Shown: one piece after another, positions 1-9,797 of the stretch
Layout of the letters: every line of letters begins with the position of its first letter
Numbering within the stretch: the first letter of the stretch is position 1
Assembly: GCA_045531105.1 (NCBI GenBank)
Contig: JAZSDJ010000083.1
Location: 1 to 34,248 of the forward strand
From: Eubacteriales bacterium
GTDB taxonomy: Bacteria; Bacillota; Clostridia; Oscillospirales; CAG-272
Reading direction: 5' to 3'
DNA length: 34,248 bases
Made by a program: the position numbers and the translations under genes
Notes under the pieces: generated by a model
Seen by the model: the letters and a program-made list of their open reading frames with translations, nothing else
Told to the model about the DNA's origin: nothing
Databases searched by the model: none

Positions 1-171
1 GGTTAGTAGCCGAATGTCCTCTCTTTTTCTGTTGGTGAAGTTTTAGATGTCGCGAAAGTGAAGTTGCTATCGAAGATAACTTCACTTGTCCAAAGGGCAA
101 ACTTAGTTTTATCGTGTTCTCCGTTAAGGATAACACGCTAATTTCGTCTTTTTGTTTTATTGCACATAATT

Positions 172-2784
172 TTATACAAGTTTTTCAACAAGTGCGAGTG
201 CTTCTGCAATTTTGGAAATGTCGCGTCCACCACTCATTGCGCTATCTGGGCGTCCACCACCCTTACCACCTGTTACAGCGCTAACTTCTCTTAGAATGTT
301 TCCTGCGTGTGCGCCATTTGCAACAGCGCCCTTGCCACATACGCAGAGGAAGTTGAGTTTTTCGCCCGAATGAATAGCGAATACAGCCACCGCTTCAGGG
401 TTTTTGTCTTTTATTGTATCGCCAAGTGAACGAACTGCATCAACACTCATATCACCAAGGTCGGCTGTGATAATCGCTTTTCCGTTTACCACTTTTGCGC
501 CTGCAATAAGGTCGTTTACTCTTGAAGTAGCCATTTTTGAGTTAAGGCTTTCAATTTCGCGTTTGAGAGATTTGATTTCTTCTTGTGTGCTTACTGCCTT
601 CTTTGCAATATCGTTTGCATTTTGGCATTTGAGTTCTTTTGCAGTATCGCGAATAAGTTCCTCTTTCTTATCGAGCAAACGAAGAACTCCATAGCCCGTT
701 GTCGCTTCAATTCTACGAACGCCTGCGGCAACCGAGGACTCGCTGATTATTTTGAACATACCTGCTTTTGCAGTATTATTAAGGTGAGTACCACCACAAA
801 GTTCGGTTGAAAAATCTCCCATCTTAACCATACGAACAACTTTTCCGTACTTTTCGCCAAAGAGCGCCATAGCGCCGTTTTTGCGAGCGGTATCAATATC
901 GGTTTCGATTGTTTCAACTTCTGTGCCGAGTAAAATATTATAGTTTACAAGGGCTTCAACCTTTGCAATTTCCTCGTCTGTAAGAGATGCAAAGTGAGTA
1001 AAGTCGAAACGGCCAACATTTTCGTCAACATAAGAACCCGCTTGCTCTACATGGTTTCCAAGAACTTGACGAAGTGCCGCTTGGAGCAAGTGAACTGACG
1101 AGTGGTTTCTTGCGATTGCTTCGCGTCTTGCCTTATCAACCTTGCAATTTACAGTGTCCCCTGTCTTAATTTCGCCACTGATAACCTTACACATATGAAT
1201 AAATACGCCGTCTGATTTCTTTGTGTCAAGAACTTCGATTTCAACTCCGTCAGCATCCATAGAACCTGTATCACCAACTTGTCCACCACCTTCACCATAG
1301 AAAGGTGTTGTGTCAAGAACTACTGAACATTCGCCCTCTGTAACCTTTGTTACAACTTCGCCATTTTCATCAACGATAGCAAGAACTTTGCCCTGTGCCT
1401 CGGTTGTTTCATAACCTACAAAGACTGTTTTTGCAACATCAAGGGCTGTGTCTTTATTGTCCCAACCACCAATGTTCGCTCTTGCCTCTCTCGCTCTTTT
1501 GCGTTGTTCTGCCATAAGGTTTGAGAAGCCATCTTCATCTATTGCAAGTCCGTTTTCCTGTGCGATTTCTCTTGTCAAATCTATTGGGAAACCAAATGTA
1601 TCATAAAGTTTGAACGCATCAGCACCAGCGATAAGACTTGCGCCTTCGCTCTTTGCCTTTTCAACGAGGGTATCAAGAATTGAAAGACCTTGGTCGATTG
1701 TTGTATCAAATCTTTCTTCTTCAAGTGAAAGAACTTTTTTAATATAGTCCGCTTTTTCTTTGAGTTCTGGGTATGCGTCTCCACTTTCGCCGATTGCAAC
1801 AGTACACATGTCAACAAGGAATGGGTGATTAATTCCGAGAAGTTTTCCGTGACGGCAAGCGCGTCTTATAATTCTACGAAGAACATAACCTCTGCCCTCG
1901 TTTGATGGGATTACGCCGTCGCTAATCATAAATGTAGCACTTCTTGTGTGGTCTGTTACAACACGGATTGAAATGTCGTCTTTCGCATCTTTTCCGTATT
2001 CTTTTCCTGCAATTTCGCACACAGTATCGATAATTTTACGAACGCTGTCAACCTCAAACATATTGTCAACATCTTGCATAACGCAAGCAAGTCTTTCAAG
2101 TCCCATACCTGTATCAATGTTCTTTTGAGCGAGTTCGGTATAGTTGCCTTGACCGTCATTGTTGAATTGTGAGAATACATTGTTCCAAATTTCCATATAT
2201 CTGTCGCAGTCGCAACCTGGCTTACAGTCAGGCGAGCCACAACCATATTTAACTCCACGGTCAAAGTAGATTTCGGAACAAGGTCCGCAAGGTCCTTGTC
2301 CATGTTCCCAGAAGTTGTCAGCCTTGCCAAGTCGAACAATATGAGCAGGATTTACACCGATTTTGTTTGCCCAAATATCGTACGCTTCCTCGTCGTTTTC
2401 GTAAATTGATGGCCAAAGAAGGTCTGATGGAATTTCAAGTGTCTTTGTCAAAAACTCCCAAGCCCACTCAATCGCTTCGTTTTTGAAATAATCACCAAAA
2501 CTGAAATTTCCAAGCATTTCAAAGAATGTACCATGACGAGCGGTGTGACCAACTCTTTCAAGGTCAGGTGTACGAATACATTTTTGACAAGTGGTTACTC
2601 TATTTCTTGGCGGAACAACCTCGCCTGTAAAGAACTTCTTCATAGGCGCCATTCCTGAGTTTATAAGCAAAAGTGATTTGTCGTTGTTTGGAACGAGCGA
2701 AAAAGAAGGCAAACGAAGGTGTCCTTTGCTCTCGAAAAACGACAAATATTTTTCTCTCAAATCATTAAGTGATGTCCATTTCAT
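172..2784 (-). CDS. alaS: Alanine--tRNA ligase
   Basis: 870 aa. N-terminal LLINSGMAPMK, QKCIRT, HGTFFEMLGNFSFGDYFK, GPCGPCSEIY and IDTGMGLER motifs; editing domain HxxxH and ELCGGTH; C-terminal GGKGGGRPD DHHA1 domain. Confidence 0.99.
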   Translation of the reverse strand: MKWTSLNDLREKYLSFFESKGHLRLPSFSLVPNNDKSLLLINSGMAPMKKFFTGEVVPPRNRVTTCQKCIRTPDLERVGHTARHGTFFEMLGNFSFGDYFKNEAIEWAWEFLTKTLEIPSDLLWPSIYENDEEAYDIWANKIGVNPAHIVRLGKADNFWEHGQGPCGPCSEIYFDRGVKYGCGSPDCKPGCDCDRYMEIWNNVFSQFNNDGQGNYTELAQKNIDTGMGLERLACVMQDVDNMFEVDSVRKIIDTVCEIAGKEYGKDAKDDISIRVVTDHTRSATFMISDGVIPSNEGRGYVLRRIIRRACRHGKLLGINHPFLVDMCTVAIGESGDAYPELKEKADYIKKVLSLEEERFDTTIDQGLSILDTLVEKAKSEGASLIAGADAFKLYDTFGFPIDLTREIAQENGLAIDEDGFSNLMAEQRKRAREARANIGGWDNKDTALDVAKTVFVGYETTEAQGKVLAIVDENGEVVTKVTEGECSVVLDTTPFYGEGGGQVGDTGSMDADGVEIEVLDTKKSDGVFIHMCKVISGEIKTGDTVNCKVDKARREAIARNHSSVHLLQAALRQVLGNHVEQAGSYVDENVGRFDFTHFASLTDEEIAKVEALVNYNILLGTEVETIETDIDTARKNGAMALFGEKYGKVVRMVKMGDFSTELCGGTHLNNTAKAGMFKIISESSVAAGVRRIEATTGYGVLRLLDKKEELIRDTAKELKCQNANDIAKKAVSTQEEIKSLKREIESLNSKMATSRVNDLIAGAKVVNGKAIITADLGDMSVDAVRSLGDTIKDKNPEAVAVFAIHSGEKLNFLCVCGKGAVANGAHAGNILREVSAVTGGKGGGRPDSAMSGGRDISKIAEALALVEKLV

Positions 2785-2832
2785 AATATCAAATTCCTTT
2801 CGGTTTTACAAATCTAAAAATAAATCGTATAT

Positions 2833-2861
2833 ATTTTAGCACGCGTTTTATAATTTGTCAA
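2833..2861 (-). promoter_or_regulatory. SigA-type promoter of alaS
   Basis: On the minus strand, TTGACA (2861-2856), 17 bp spacer and TAAAAT (2838-2833) with an extended TGn. Confidence 0.7.
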
Positions 2862-2889
2862 TAATATAAATAACTTTATTTCCTTTATC

Positions 2890-2918
2890 TTGACAAATCC
2901 GTGTGCATTTGTTAGAAT
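2890..2918 (+). promoter_or_regulatory. SigA-type promoter of the 188-aa membrane protein gene
   Basis: TTGACA 2890-2895, 17 bp spacer, TGt-TAGAAT ending at 2918. Confidence 0.7.
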
Positions 2919-2951
2919 AATAATGTTAAAACTTATCTACGAGGTGATTTT

Positions 2952-3518
2952 ATGGCAGTTAAAAAAACTAAATTCTTTTGGGTGTATATTGTTTTATCAG
3001 TATTGCTCGTTTTAACAGGGCTTATTATTGCTCCGATTTGGTCAGGAACTAATGTATTTTTCAAAAATTGGGGTTCAAAACTTATAGATTTACTGTTGGC
3101 GCTTGCCCTAATTTACTACATTGTAATTTTCTTGTTTAAAAGGGCAAAAACAACCACAGGGGTCGTTCAAGGGCTAACTATTGCAGAACTTGTTATTCTT
3201 TCTCTTGTCGCTCTTGGCTGTATTCTTTCTCAGTTCAAAGTTATAAACATCAGCGAGCCTTGTCAAGTTCTTGGTTTGGCTATGTGGTTAAGAGGTTGCG
3301 TTGAAGTTATCGCGTCTCATTTCCACAGAAATTCAAGCCACCCTGTGTGGAAACTTGTTGGTTTTCTCGCTCTTGTTACAGCGGGTACGGCGTTGTTCTT
3401 TAAGCCACTCGTTTCAAGGGCTCAATTCCAGTGGGCGCTCGTCGCTTTACTTATAATTCTCGCAATTTGCTCTCTCGTTTATGGCATCAATGCGAAAAAA
3501 CCAAAAAGCAAAAGTTGA
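2952..3518 (+). CDS. Uncharacterised polytopic membrane protein (about 6 TM, DUF308/HdeD-like architecture)
   Basis: GAGGTG RBS, six hydrophobic stretches and Lys-rich termini. The family call is tentative. Confidence 0.75.
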   Translation: MAVKKTKFFWVYIVLSVLLVLTGLIIAPIWSGTNVFFKNWGSKLIDLLLALALIYYIVIFLFKRAKTTTGVVQGLTIAELVILSLVALGCILSQFKVINISEPCQVLGLAMWLRGCVEVIASHFHRNSSHPVWKLVGFLALVTAGTALFFKPLVSRAQFQWALVALLIILAICSLVYGINAKKPKSKS

Positions 3519-3572
3519 GTGAAAAATCGAATTGAAATGTTAATTTGCCACACTCAAAGCCAATTAAAAAGC

Positions 3573-3601
3573 AAAATCGCAGACACATGGTCTGCGATTT
3601 T
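3573..3601. terminator. Bidirectional intrinsic terminator
   Basis: AAAATCGCAGAC-acatg-GTCTGCGATTTT between convergent genes, with T/A tracts on both sides. Confidence 0.85.
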
Positions 3602-3617
3602 TTGTTTTTCTTAAATT

Positions 3618-4160
3618 TTACAACCCCAAAAGTTGTTTCTTCTTTTCCTCAAATTCTTTTTTGGTTATAATTTTTCTGTCATAAAGGCGTTTCCACTGCT
3701 CTATTTCCTCAATAACAGGCAAAATGATTTCTTCGTTTCGTTTTTTATAAACATTCAAAACCTCAATGATTGCAAGAAAAACCTCATTGAGTTGAAGTTT
3801 TGAAAAATTAAGACGAACATTTTCTTTGAGCGTATCTATACAAACCTTGCCGTCAAACATACCAAAAGTGTCTTTTTCAACATCGTTTACATTGTCAAGG
3901 TTTACAACCTTCACAGGCTCTGAGCCAAAGATTCCCTTTTGTGCATATATAAGCCTTTTGTCAGTAAAAGCGACGGCACAAATTCCGTTCATTACGATTG
4001 CTCCACCATTGTAAATTCCACAAGGGGCAAGAGTGAGCAAAACGTCCTCGTCACGTGCAAGATGCTTTTGAATTACTTCAAAATGCTTCAATGCACTTTT
4101 GTTGTTGTATATAAATCCGTGTTCGAGAGCGAAACGATCCATTTGAGAAGCGGACCTCAT
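3618..4160 (-). CDS. Bacterial PH-domain protein with C-terminal SHOCT domain
   Basis: PH-like core (L..DE.V, AVAFTDKRLIY, NLDNVNDV) and SHOCT signature (LYDRKIITKKEFEEKKKQLLGL); AGGAGG RBS. Confidence 0.8.
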   Translation of the reverse strand: MRSASQMDRFALEHGFIYNNKSALKHFEVIQKHLARDEDVLLTLAPCGIYNGGAIVMNGICAVAFTDKRLIYAQKGIFGSEPVKVVNLDNVNDVEKDTFGMFDGKVCIDTLKENVRLNFSKLQLNEVFLAIIEVLNVYKKRNEEIILPVIEEIEQWKRLYDRKIITKKEFEEKKKQLLGL

Positions 4161-4227
4161 AATTCAAAGCACCTCCTTGAAAGTTTGAATTTGACAAAAC
4201 AAACACTTGTCCATTTTATCTTCCCTA

Positions 4228-4256
4228 ATTTTACACCAAAAATCGCATTTTGTCAA
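4228..4256 (-). promoter_or_regulatory. SigA-type promoter of the PH-SHOCT gene
   Basis: Minus strand TTGACA (4256-4251), 17 bp spacer, TAAAAT (4233-4228). Confidence 0.6.
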
Positions 4257-4292
4257 GTAACCTACGCGATTATATTTTATTTTAGTTAAGCC

Positions 4293-4321
4293 TTGACAAA
4301 CCTTTTTTTATATAGTATAAT
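4293..4321 (+). promoter_or_regulatory. Consensus SigA promoter of the surface protein gene
   Basis: Perfect TTGACA 4293-4298, 17 bp spacer, TATAAT 4316-4321. Confidence 0.8.
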
Positions 4322-4421
4322 AAATTATGTAAAATGCCATAACTATACCCCTTTTAAGGAGTAATTTTGGTGAAATTGACTTAAAACTAACGGGTTTTAC
4401 CCTAACGATAAAGGAGTAATC

Positions 4422-7400
4422 ATGAAAAAGCCTTTAAAATTTTTACTTTTCATAGTGATGATAGCGTTGCTTATTTCATCACTTACTATTACAATTCTTG
4501 CAGAAGCGGAGGAAGAAGGCGAGGAAATAGACCCTTCGGTAAAACTGTATTCTCTTATTTACAAGAATAACGATACCGATTGTAACAAGTCCGAGCACGA
4601 CCACTATGGCGTTTTGTACTTTGAAGAAGGCGCAACTGTTACCGTTTCTTCCCAAATCTGTGGAGGAAATCCTGACTCTGGCGAAACCTTTTTCGGTTGG
4701 TTCTCTGACGAAGGCGTTCTTTACGCACCAGGCTCTACCTTTACAATAACTCGCAACACAGTTTTGTATGTTGCATCAGGTAAAGAAGTTTCTACATATG
4801 ATGAACTCAGTTCGTATCTCGGTTCTTCAATGGGCAACCACTGGAACTACGCAAAACTCAAAGCCAACATCACAATTTCTGGCAAAACTCTTTACCCAAC
4901 TGACCAAAAAGCCAGCGTTTTGGACCTTGGCGGTTATACTCTTACAATGTCAAATAGCACTTACGCTTTCAGCGCACAAAGAAAAGGTTTGGTTCTCACG
5001 GGTAATGGTAACATAAACTTTACATCGAAAGACCACTCCAATGGTGCATTTATAGAAATTTCTGGTCACGGCTATGGCGACGGCAACCAGCGTTTTTGGC
5101 TTGGTAAGGGAGTAAATGTAGACGCTAATGTTCCTCTTATCAGAATTACAGGTAACACAACTTACCCAGGAACTCTTATGACTAACTACCCTGGATTGCC
5201 TACAATAAGAATACATGGTGGTGCAAGCGTTCCTTATTTGTATCGTTCATATTACTCACAAGACGTCGATATCAACCTTTACGAAACTTGTAGATTGACA
5301 ATTAAAGAAGGTTCTCAAAATCCTTTGATGATTGAAGATTCCGCTCAATATGGTTATGTAATTGCCCGTCTTATTATTCACGGTGGAACTATCAGTCTTC
5401 CAAGCGACTTTAAAGGCTTCGTTCCTACTCAGGACGGCACTATGAATGGCAAGCCTGACGACCGCTTCTTATACAAAATCAATGGTGGTACTTTTGACCG
5501 CGATATCTCAACTCTTATTCCTATTTCTTTAAGAGTCAGGGACAACGGAAACGGAACTTATTCTATTCTTCCAAACCCTTGTTCAAAAGCGCCAGAGGGT
5601 TCTGACGGACTCCATCGCTATGTCGCTACTCAAATCGGTGTAAACTGTACTGTTTCTGGTGAAATTCGCTACTCTTGTACTTATTGTTCCGAGGCAAATT
5701 GTGAAGGCGAATCCATTGACTGTTACTGTAACTACACTATAAAACGAGAGGCTTTTGGACACAGTTTTATATCTGTGCTTACAAAAGACATGATAAACTC
5801 CAAAAAAGAAACTCAACCCGCTGAGGCAACATTGACTTGTACTCGTTGTGGCCTTGTTGAAAAGCAATATGAGTCACCAGACCCAGAAACTGTTTATATC
5901 ACTCTTAAAGTAAAATACGAAAGAGACGTAAACGGAACTATGGTTACGTACCAAGATGACATTCGTGTGCCGAGTACCGAAGTGTTTGATTGTGAACCGG
6001 ACCCGTCGAATGGAGATAGCCATACTTATCTATTCTCATTCAGCGTCTTCTCTGTGCATTATAAATTCGACGACGGACGTGAAGAAACGTTCAAAACGCA
6101 CGAAGTTGTCGGTGTTGAAATTCCTCTTGGAACTACAAGAATTAAAAAAGACCTTTTCAACGGTAACGAAAACATAGAATGGATTAAACTTCGCGAGGGT
6201 CTGAAACAAATTGAGGACGGCGCATTTGCAAACATGCCGAATCTCAAAAAAATTGTAGGAATTGAAAATGTTGAAGAATATATCGGAAATAGCGCTTTCG
6301 CGCAAAAGGATTCAACCACTCCTATCGTTCTTGACACTATCGAAGTAAATGCCAAAGAAGTTGCAGATAACGCCTTTAAAAACATTCTTGCTACAAGAAT
6401 TATCATAGGCGACAATGTAAAGAAACTCAAAGGAGCGTTCTCTCTTGACGGAAACACTTCCAAATACGAAAGCCAAAACGATATAATGTGTGAGGTTTTC
6501 GTAAAGAAACTTAACAGAGATTATCACCCAGCAACGAATCCTGAACTTTTCGGAATTGCAACTGATAACTCTCTACTTACAGCAATTTGGCCTACATTGT
6601 TTGAAACATTTAATCATTCAAGTACTCTTCTTAAAAGAGGCATTGTATATTTCGACCACAACTATATCGAGACAACTCACCAACCTAACTGTAAAGAAAA
6701 TGGTTTTGTTGCTCACGAATGTTCACAATGTGGTGATTATGATGTAGTTGAAATCATTCCTAACACAGGTATTACTCACGTTTGGGAAGATGCAGAATCA
6801 ACAACTTCAACTTGTACCCAACCAGGTGCTGTAAGACAATATTGTAACCGTTGTAAAGAATACAAAACAATTGCTGAACTTCCTCTTGACCCCAACAAGC
6901 ACGACTTTTCTTCAACCGACCCTGAGCCAGAACCTGCCGCTTGTGAACAACTCACTTGGTACGAGCGCAGACGTTGTGCTTACGGTTGTGGCGCTTGGTC
7001 AGAGAACAAAGGCAAAAAGGTTACTGTTACAACCCCTCTTGGTCACGTATATTCAACAAACCCTGACGACATAATCATAGTTGAACCGACTTGTGGAAAC
7101 CCAGGTCAAGAAATCAAGGTTTGTACTCGTTGTAATTTTGAGAAAAAGACCGAAACCCCTGCAAACGGAACTCACTCTTGGGTAAGAAACGATAGTGCTT
7201 ATGTTTCTCCTACTTGTGGAGAAGATGGAATTATGGTTTTCCGTTGTACCGTATGCGAGGCATCAGATAAGCAATCTGTTGAAAAATTAACATACGAAGA
7301 AGCGCTCGAAAAGGGATTGCACAAATGGACAGAAGAAACACTTCTCCAACCAACCACTAAAAAGACAGGTTATAAGAGAGTTTATTGTTCAATTTGTGAC

Positions 7401-7628
7401 CAAAACAATCGTACCGCGCAAACAATCATTCCAAAACTTCAAAAAGAACTATTTTTTGGATTTATTCCTTTGATTGGAGGCATGTCAATGACGGTCGCTT
7501 GGATTATCTTTGGTGTTGTTACTACTCTCTTGGTTGCTGGTGGTGTTGTTCTTACAATTCTTCTCGTTTCAAAGAAAAAGAACAAATCCACAAGTTACAA
7601 ATATAAATTCAACACATTTAAAAAATAA
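4422..7628 (+). CDS. Large secreted, C-terminally membrane-anchored surface protein with BspA-type LRRs and His/Cys-rich repeats
   Basis: Signal peptide (MKKPLKFLLFIVMIALL...LA); InlB-B/Flg_new-like segment (TFFGW...YAPGSTFTITRNTVLY); LRR_5-like units (IPLGTTRIKKDLF, LKQIEDGAF, IGNSAF); eight H...C...CxxC repeats; C-terminal TM followed by KKKNK. Confidence 0.85.
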   Translation: MKKPLKFLLFIVMIALLISSLTITILAEAEEEGEEIDPSVKLYSLIYKNNDTDCNKSEHDHYGVLYFEEGATVTVSSQICGGNPDSGETFFGWFSDEGVLYAPGSTFTITRNTVLYVASGKEVSTYDELSSYLGSSMGNHWNYAKLKANITISGKTLYPTDQKASVLDLGGYTLTMSNSTYAFSAQRKGLVLTGNGNINFTSKDHSNGAFIEISGHGYGDGNQRFWLGKGVNVDANVPLIRITGNTTYPGTLMTNYPGLPTIRIHGGASVPYLYRSYYSQDVDINLYETCRLTIKEGSQNPLMIEDSAQYGYVIARLIIHGGTISLPSDFKGFVPTQDGTMNGKPDDRFLYKINGGTFDRDISTLIPISLRVRDNGNGTYSILPNPCSKAPEGSDGLHRYVATQIGVNCTVSGEIRYSCTYCSEANCEGESIDCYCNYTIKREAFGHSFISVLTKDMINSKKETQPAEATLTCTRCGLVEKQYESPDPETVYITLKVKYERDVNGTMVTYQDDIRVPSTEVFDCEPDPSNGDSHTYLFSFSVFSVHYKFDDGREETFKTHEVVGVEIPLGTTRIKKDLFNGNENIEWIKLREGLKQIEDGAFANMPNLKKIVGIENVEEYIGNSAFAQKDSTTPIVLDTIEVNAKEVADNAFKNILATRIIIGDNVKKLKGAFSLDGNTSKYESQNDIMCEVFVKKLNRDYHPATNPELFGIATDNSLLTAIWPTLFETFNHSSTLLKRGIVYFDHNYIETTHQPNCKENGFVAHECSQCGDYDVVEIIPNTGITHVWEDAESTTSTCTQPGAVRQYCNRCKEYKTIAELPLDPNKHDFSSTDPEPEPAACEQLTWYERRRCAYGCGAWSENKGKKVTVTTPLGHVYSTNPDDIIIVEPTCGNPGQEIKVCTRCNFEKKTETPANGTHSWVRNDSAYVSPTCGEDGIMVFRCTVCEASDKQSVEKLTYEEALEKGLHKWTEETLLQPTTKKTGYKRVYCSICDQNNRTAQTIIPKLQKELFFGFIPLIGGMSMTVAWIIFGVVTTLLVAGGVVLTILLVSKKKNKSTSYKYKFNTFKK

Positions 7629-7630
7629 GC

Positions 7631-7663
7631 AAAACAGTCAATGCCGTGTGCATTGACTGTTTT
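7631..7663. terminator. Bidirectional intrinsic terminator
   Basis: AAAACAGTCAATGC-cgtgt-GCATTGACTGTTTT between convergent genes. Confidence 0.9.
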
Positions 7664-7666
7664 TTG

Positions 7667-8554
7667 TTAATTTTCGTGGCTTATTTTAATGAGTTCGCAC
7701 ATAATTTGTTTTTCTCTTGTCGATGGCGAAAGTGGCAAGCGTAGTTCGTTTTCACACAAGCCTAAAAGGGACAACGCACATTTTACAGGTACAGGGTTTA
7801 CCTCAGCATAGAGTTCTTTCACAAGCGAAGATAGCGAATGGGTTAAACCTTTTGCCATTTCCCACTCGTTTTTCTCAATTAACGCACACAGAGTCGCCAT
7901 TTCTGAGGGAATTACATTAGCAACCGCAGAAATGACTCCAACCGCTCCTACCGAGTACGAAGGTAAAACGAGTTCGTCGCAACCCGAGTAAAACCAAAAC
8001 GCATCGCCAAAACGCGCAATTTTTCTTTCGAGGTCACAAATGTCACCGCTTGCCTCTTTTATAGCGACAACATTCTCAATCTCGCACAGGTCGTCAAGTG
8101 TTTCACTCGTCAAATTAACCCCTGTTCTTGACGGAACATTGTATAAAATCACGGGCAAGGGCGTGCTTTTTGCAATCTCTTTATAATGCAACGCAAGTGA
8201 TTTTGGCGTTGACTTGTTGTAATACGGAGTCACGCACAAAACGGCATCTGCGCCAATTTCCATCGCCCCCTGTGTGAGTTTTTGGGCGGTTTTTGTCGAA
8301 TTTGAGCCAGTGCCGACAATGAGTTTCGCTCTGCCTTTTATCACTTTTGCACAGTACTTTATAAATTCGTCGCGCTCCTCATAAGTTATCGTTGGGCTTT
8401 CTCCCGTTGTACCAAGTGCTACTATCGCTCCTACCCCCGAGCGCAACTGCCTTTCTATCAACCTTTGTGTCGCTTCAAAATCTATTTCACCATTTTTAAA
8501 TGGTGTTACAAGCGCTGTGGCACAACCATTTATAGGCTTAATTTTTGTGTTCAT
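7667..8554 (-). CDS. dapA: 4-hydroxy-tetrahydrodipicolinate synthase
   Basis: ALVTPF, GTTGESPT, VTPYYNK, LYNVPSRTG, catalytic IKEASG and NPVPVK..L. Start placed at ATG 8554, which follows a GGAGG RBS; the ORF-track TTG start lies inside that RBS. Confidence 0.93.
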   Translation of the reverse strand: MNTKIKPINGCATALVTPFKNGEIDFEATQRLIERQLRSGVGAIVALGTTGESPTITYEERDEFIKYCAKVIKGRAKLIVGTGSNSTKTAQKLTQGAMEIGADAVLCVTPYYNKSTPKSLALHYKEIAKSTPLPVILYNVPSRTGVNLTSETLDDLCEIENVVAIKEASGDICDLERKIARFGDAFWFYSGCDELVLPSYSVGAVGVISAVANVIPSEMATLCALIEKNEWEMAKGLTHSLSSLVKELYAEVNPVPVKCALSLLGLCENELRLPLSPSTREKQIMCELIKISHEN

Positions 8555-8681
8555 AAACTGAATTTCCTCCAAAAAATTAAAAAATCAGTTGAAAATGTTT
8601 GGATTATAATATTTACTATATATAAATATTGATTGACTTAATATATTATATTCGCGTATTTTTTCGCGTGATAAGGAAATT

Positions 8682-9761
8682 ATGATAAAAAATACTTTAC
8701 CAGAAACAACTCTTAAAACTTCCGACTTTTTCTATTCTCTTCCCGAGGAACTTATTGCACAAATTCCTATTGAACCTCGCGACCATTCAAGGCTTATGGT
8801 TCTTGAAAACGGAAAGATTGCTCACAAGCATTTTTACGATATTTTAGATTATCTAAAAGAGGGAGATACCCTTGTTATAAACGACTCTCGCGTTATTCCT
8901 GCGAGAATTTGGGGAGAAAAGGTGCGTCAAGGTGAATTTGTTTCCGAGGCGTCAAAAATCGAAATGCTCCTTTTAAAACAACACTCAACTGACCGTTGGG
9001 AAGTTCTTTTGCGCCCTGCAAAGAAAATAAAAATCGGTGGAAAAATCCGTTTTGGCAACGACCTTTTGGCAACTGTTGAGGAAGTTGTCGCGGACGGAAA
9101 CAGAATTGTTTCGTTTGAGTATGATAAATCTCGTTTTTCAAACATTTACGAAGTTCTTGAACTTATCGGTTCAATGCCACTTCCACCATATATAACTAAA
9201 AAACTCGAAGACAAAAGCAGATATCAAACTGTTTATGCACGAGAAAATGGTTCGAGCGCAGCGCCGACGGCAGGACTCCACTTCACCCCTGAACTTCTCA
9301 AAAAAATCAAGGAAAAAGGTGTTGAAATTGTTCCTGTTATGCTCCATGTGGGTCTTGGAACTTTCCGTCCTGTAAAGGAAGAAAATATAACCGACCATAT
9401 TATGCACTCAGAGTACATTTGTGTAAGCGAAGAAAGCGCACGCAAAATAAACGAACGCAAACGCGCAGGTGGGCGTGTTATCGCTGTTGGAACGACTTCT
9501 CTTCGCACTCTCGAAAGCGCATCGCTTGAAAATGGCGAGGTTGTACCCGTGTGTGACGAAACGGGAATTTTCATTTTCCCAGGCTATAAATTCAAGGCTG
9601 TTGACGCTCTTATAACAAACTTTCACTTGCCCGAAAGTACACTTTTAATGCTTGTGTCCGCTCTTTATGGCAAAGACAGAATTATGGAAGCGTATCAATG
9701 TGCAGTAAATGAAAAATATCGTTTCATCTCTTTTGGAGATGCGATGCTTATTTTACCTTAA
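8682..9761 (+). CDS. queA: S-adenosylmethionine:tRNA ribosyltransferase-isomerase
   Basis: LPEELIAQ.P...RD.SRL, PLPPYI, YQTVYA, AAPTAGLHFT, LHVGLGTFRPV, AVGTTSLR.LES, TNFHLPESTL and YRF.S.GDAM. Confidence 0.99.
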   Translation: MIKNTLPETTLKTSDFFYSLPEELIAQIPIEPRDHSRLMVLENGKIAHKHFYDILDYLKEGDTLVINDSRVIPARIWGEKVRQGEFVSEASKIEMLLLKQHSTDRWEVLLRPAKKIKIGGKIRFGNDLLATVEEVVADGNRIVSFEYDKSRFSNIYEVLELIGSMPLPPYITKKLEDKSRYQTVYARENGSSAAPTAGLHFTPELLKKIKEKGVEIVPVMLHVGLGTFRPVKEENITDHIMHSEYICVSEESARKINERKRAGGRVIAVGTTSLRTLESASLENGEVVPVCDETGIFIFPGYKFKAVDALITNFHLPESTLLMLVSALYGKDRIMEAYQCAVNEKYRFISFGDAMLILP

Positions 9762-9797
9762 CATTTTATTTGAAATTACGAAAGCGAGGGTGCGACT

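Noticed and set aside
5613-7397. Multiheme cytochrome c
   Set aside because: The CxxC motifs are never followed by His, so there is no CxxCH.
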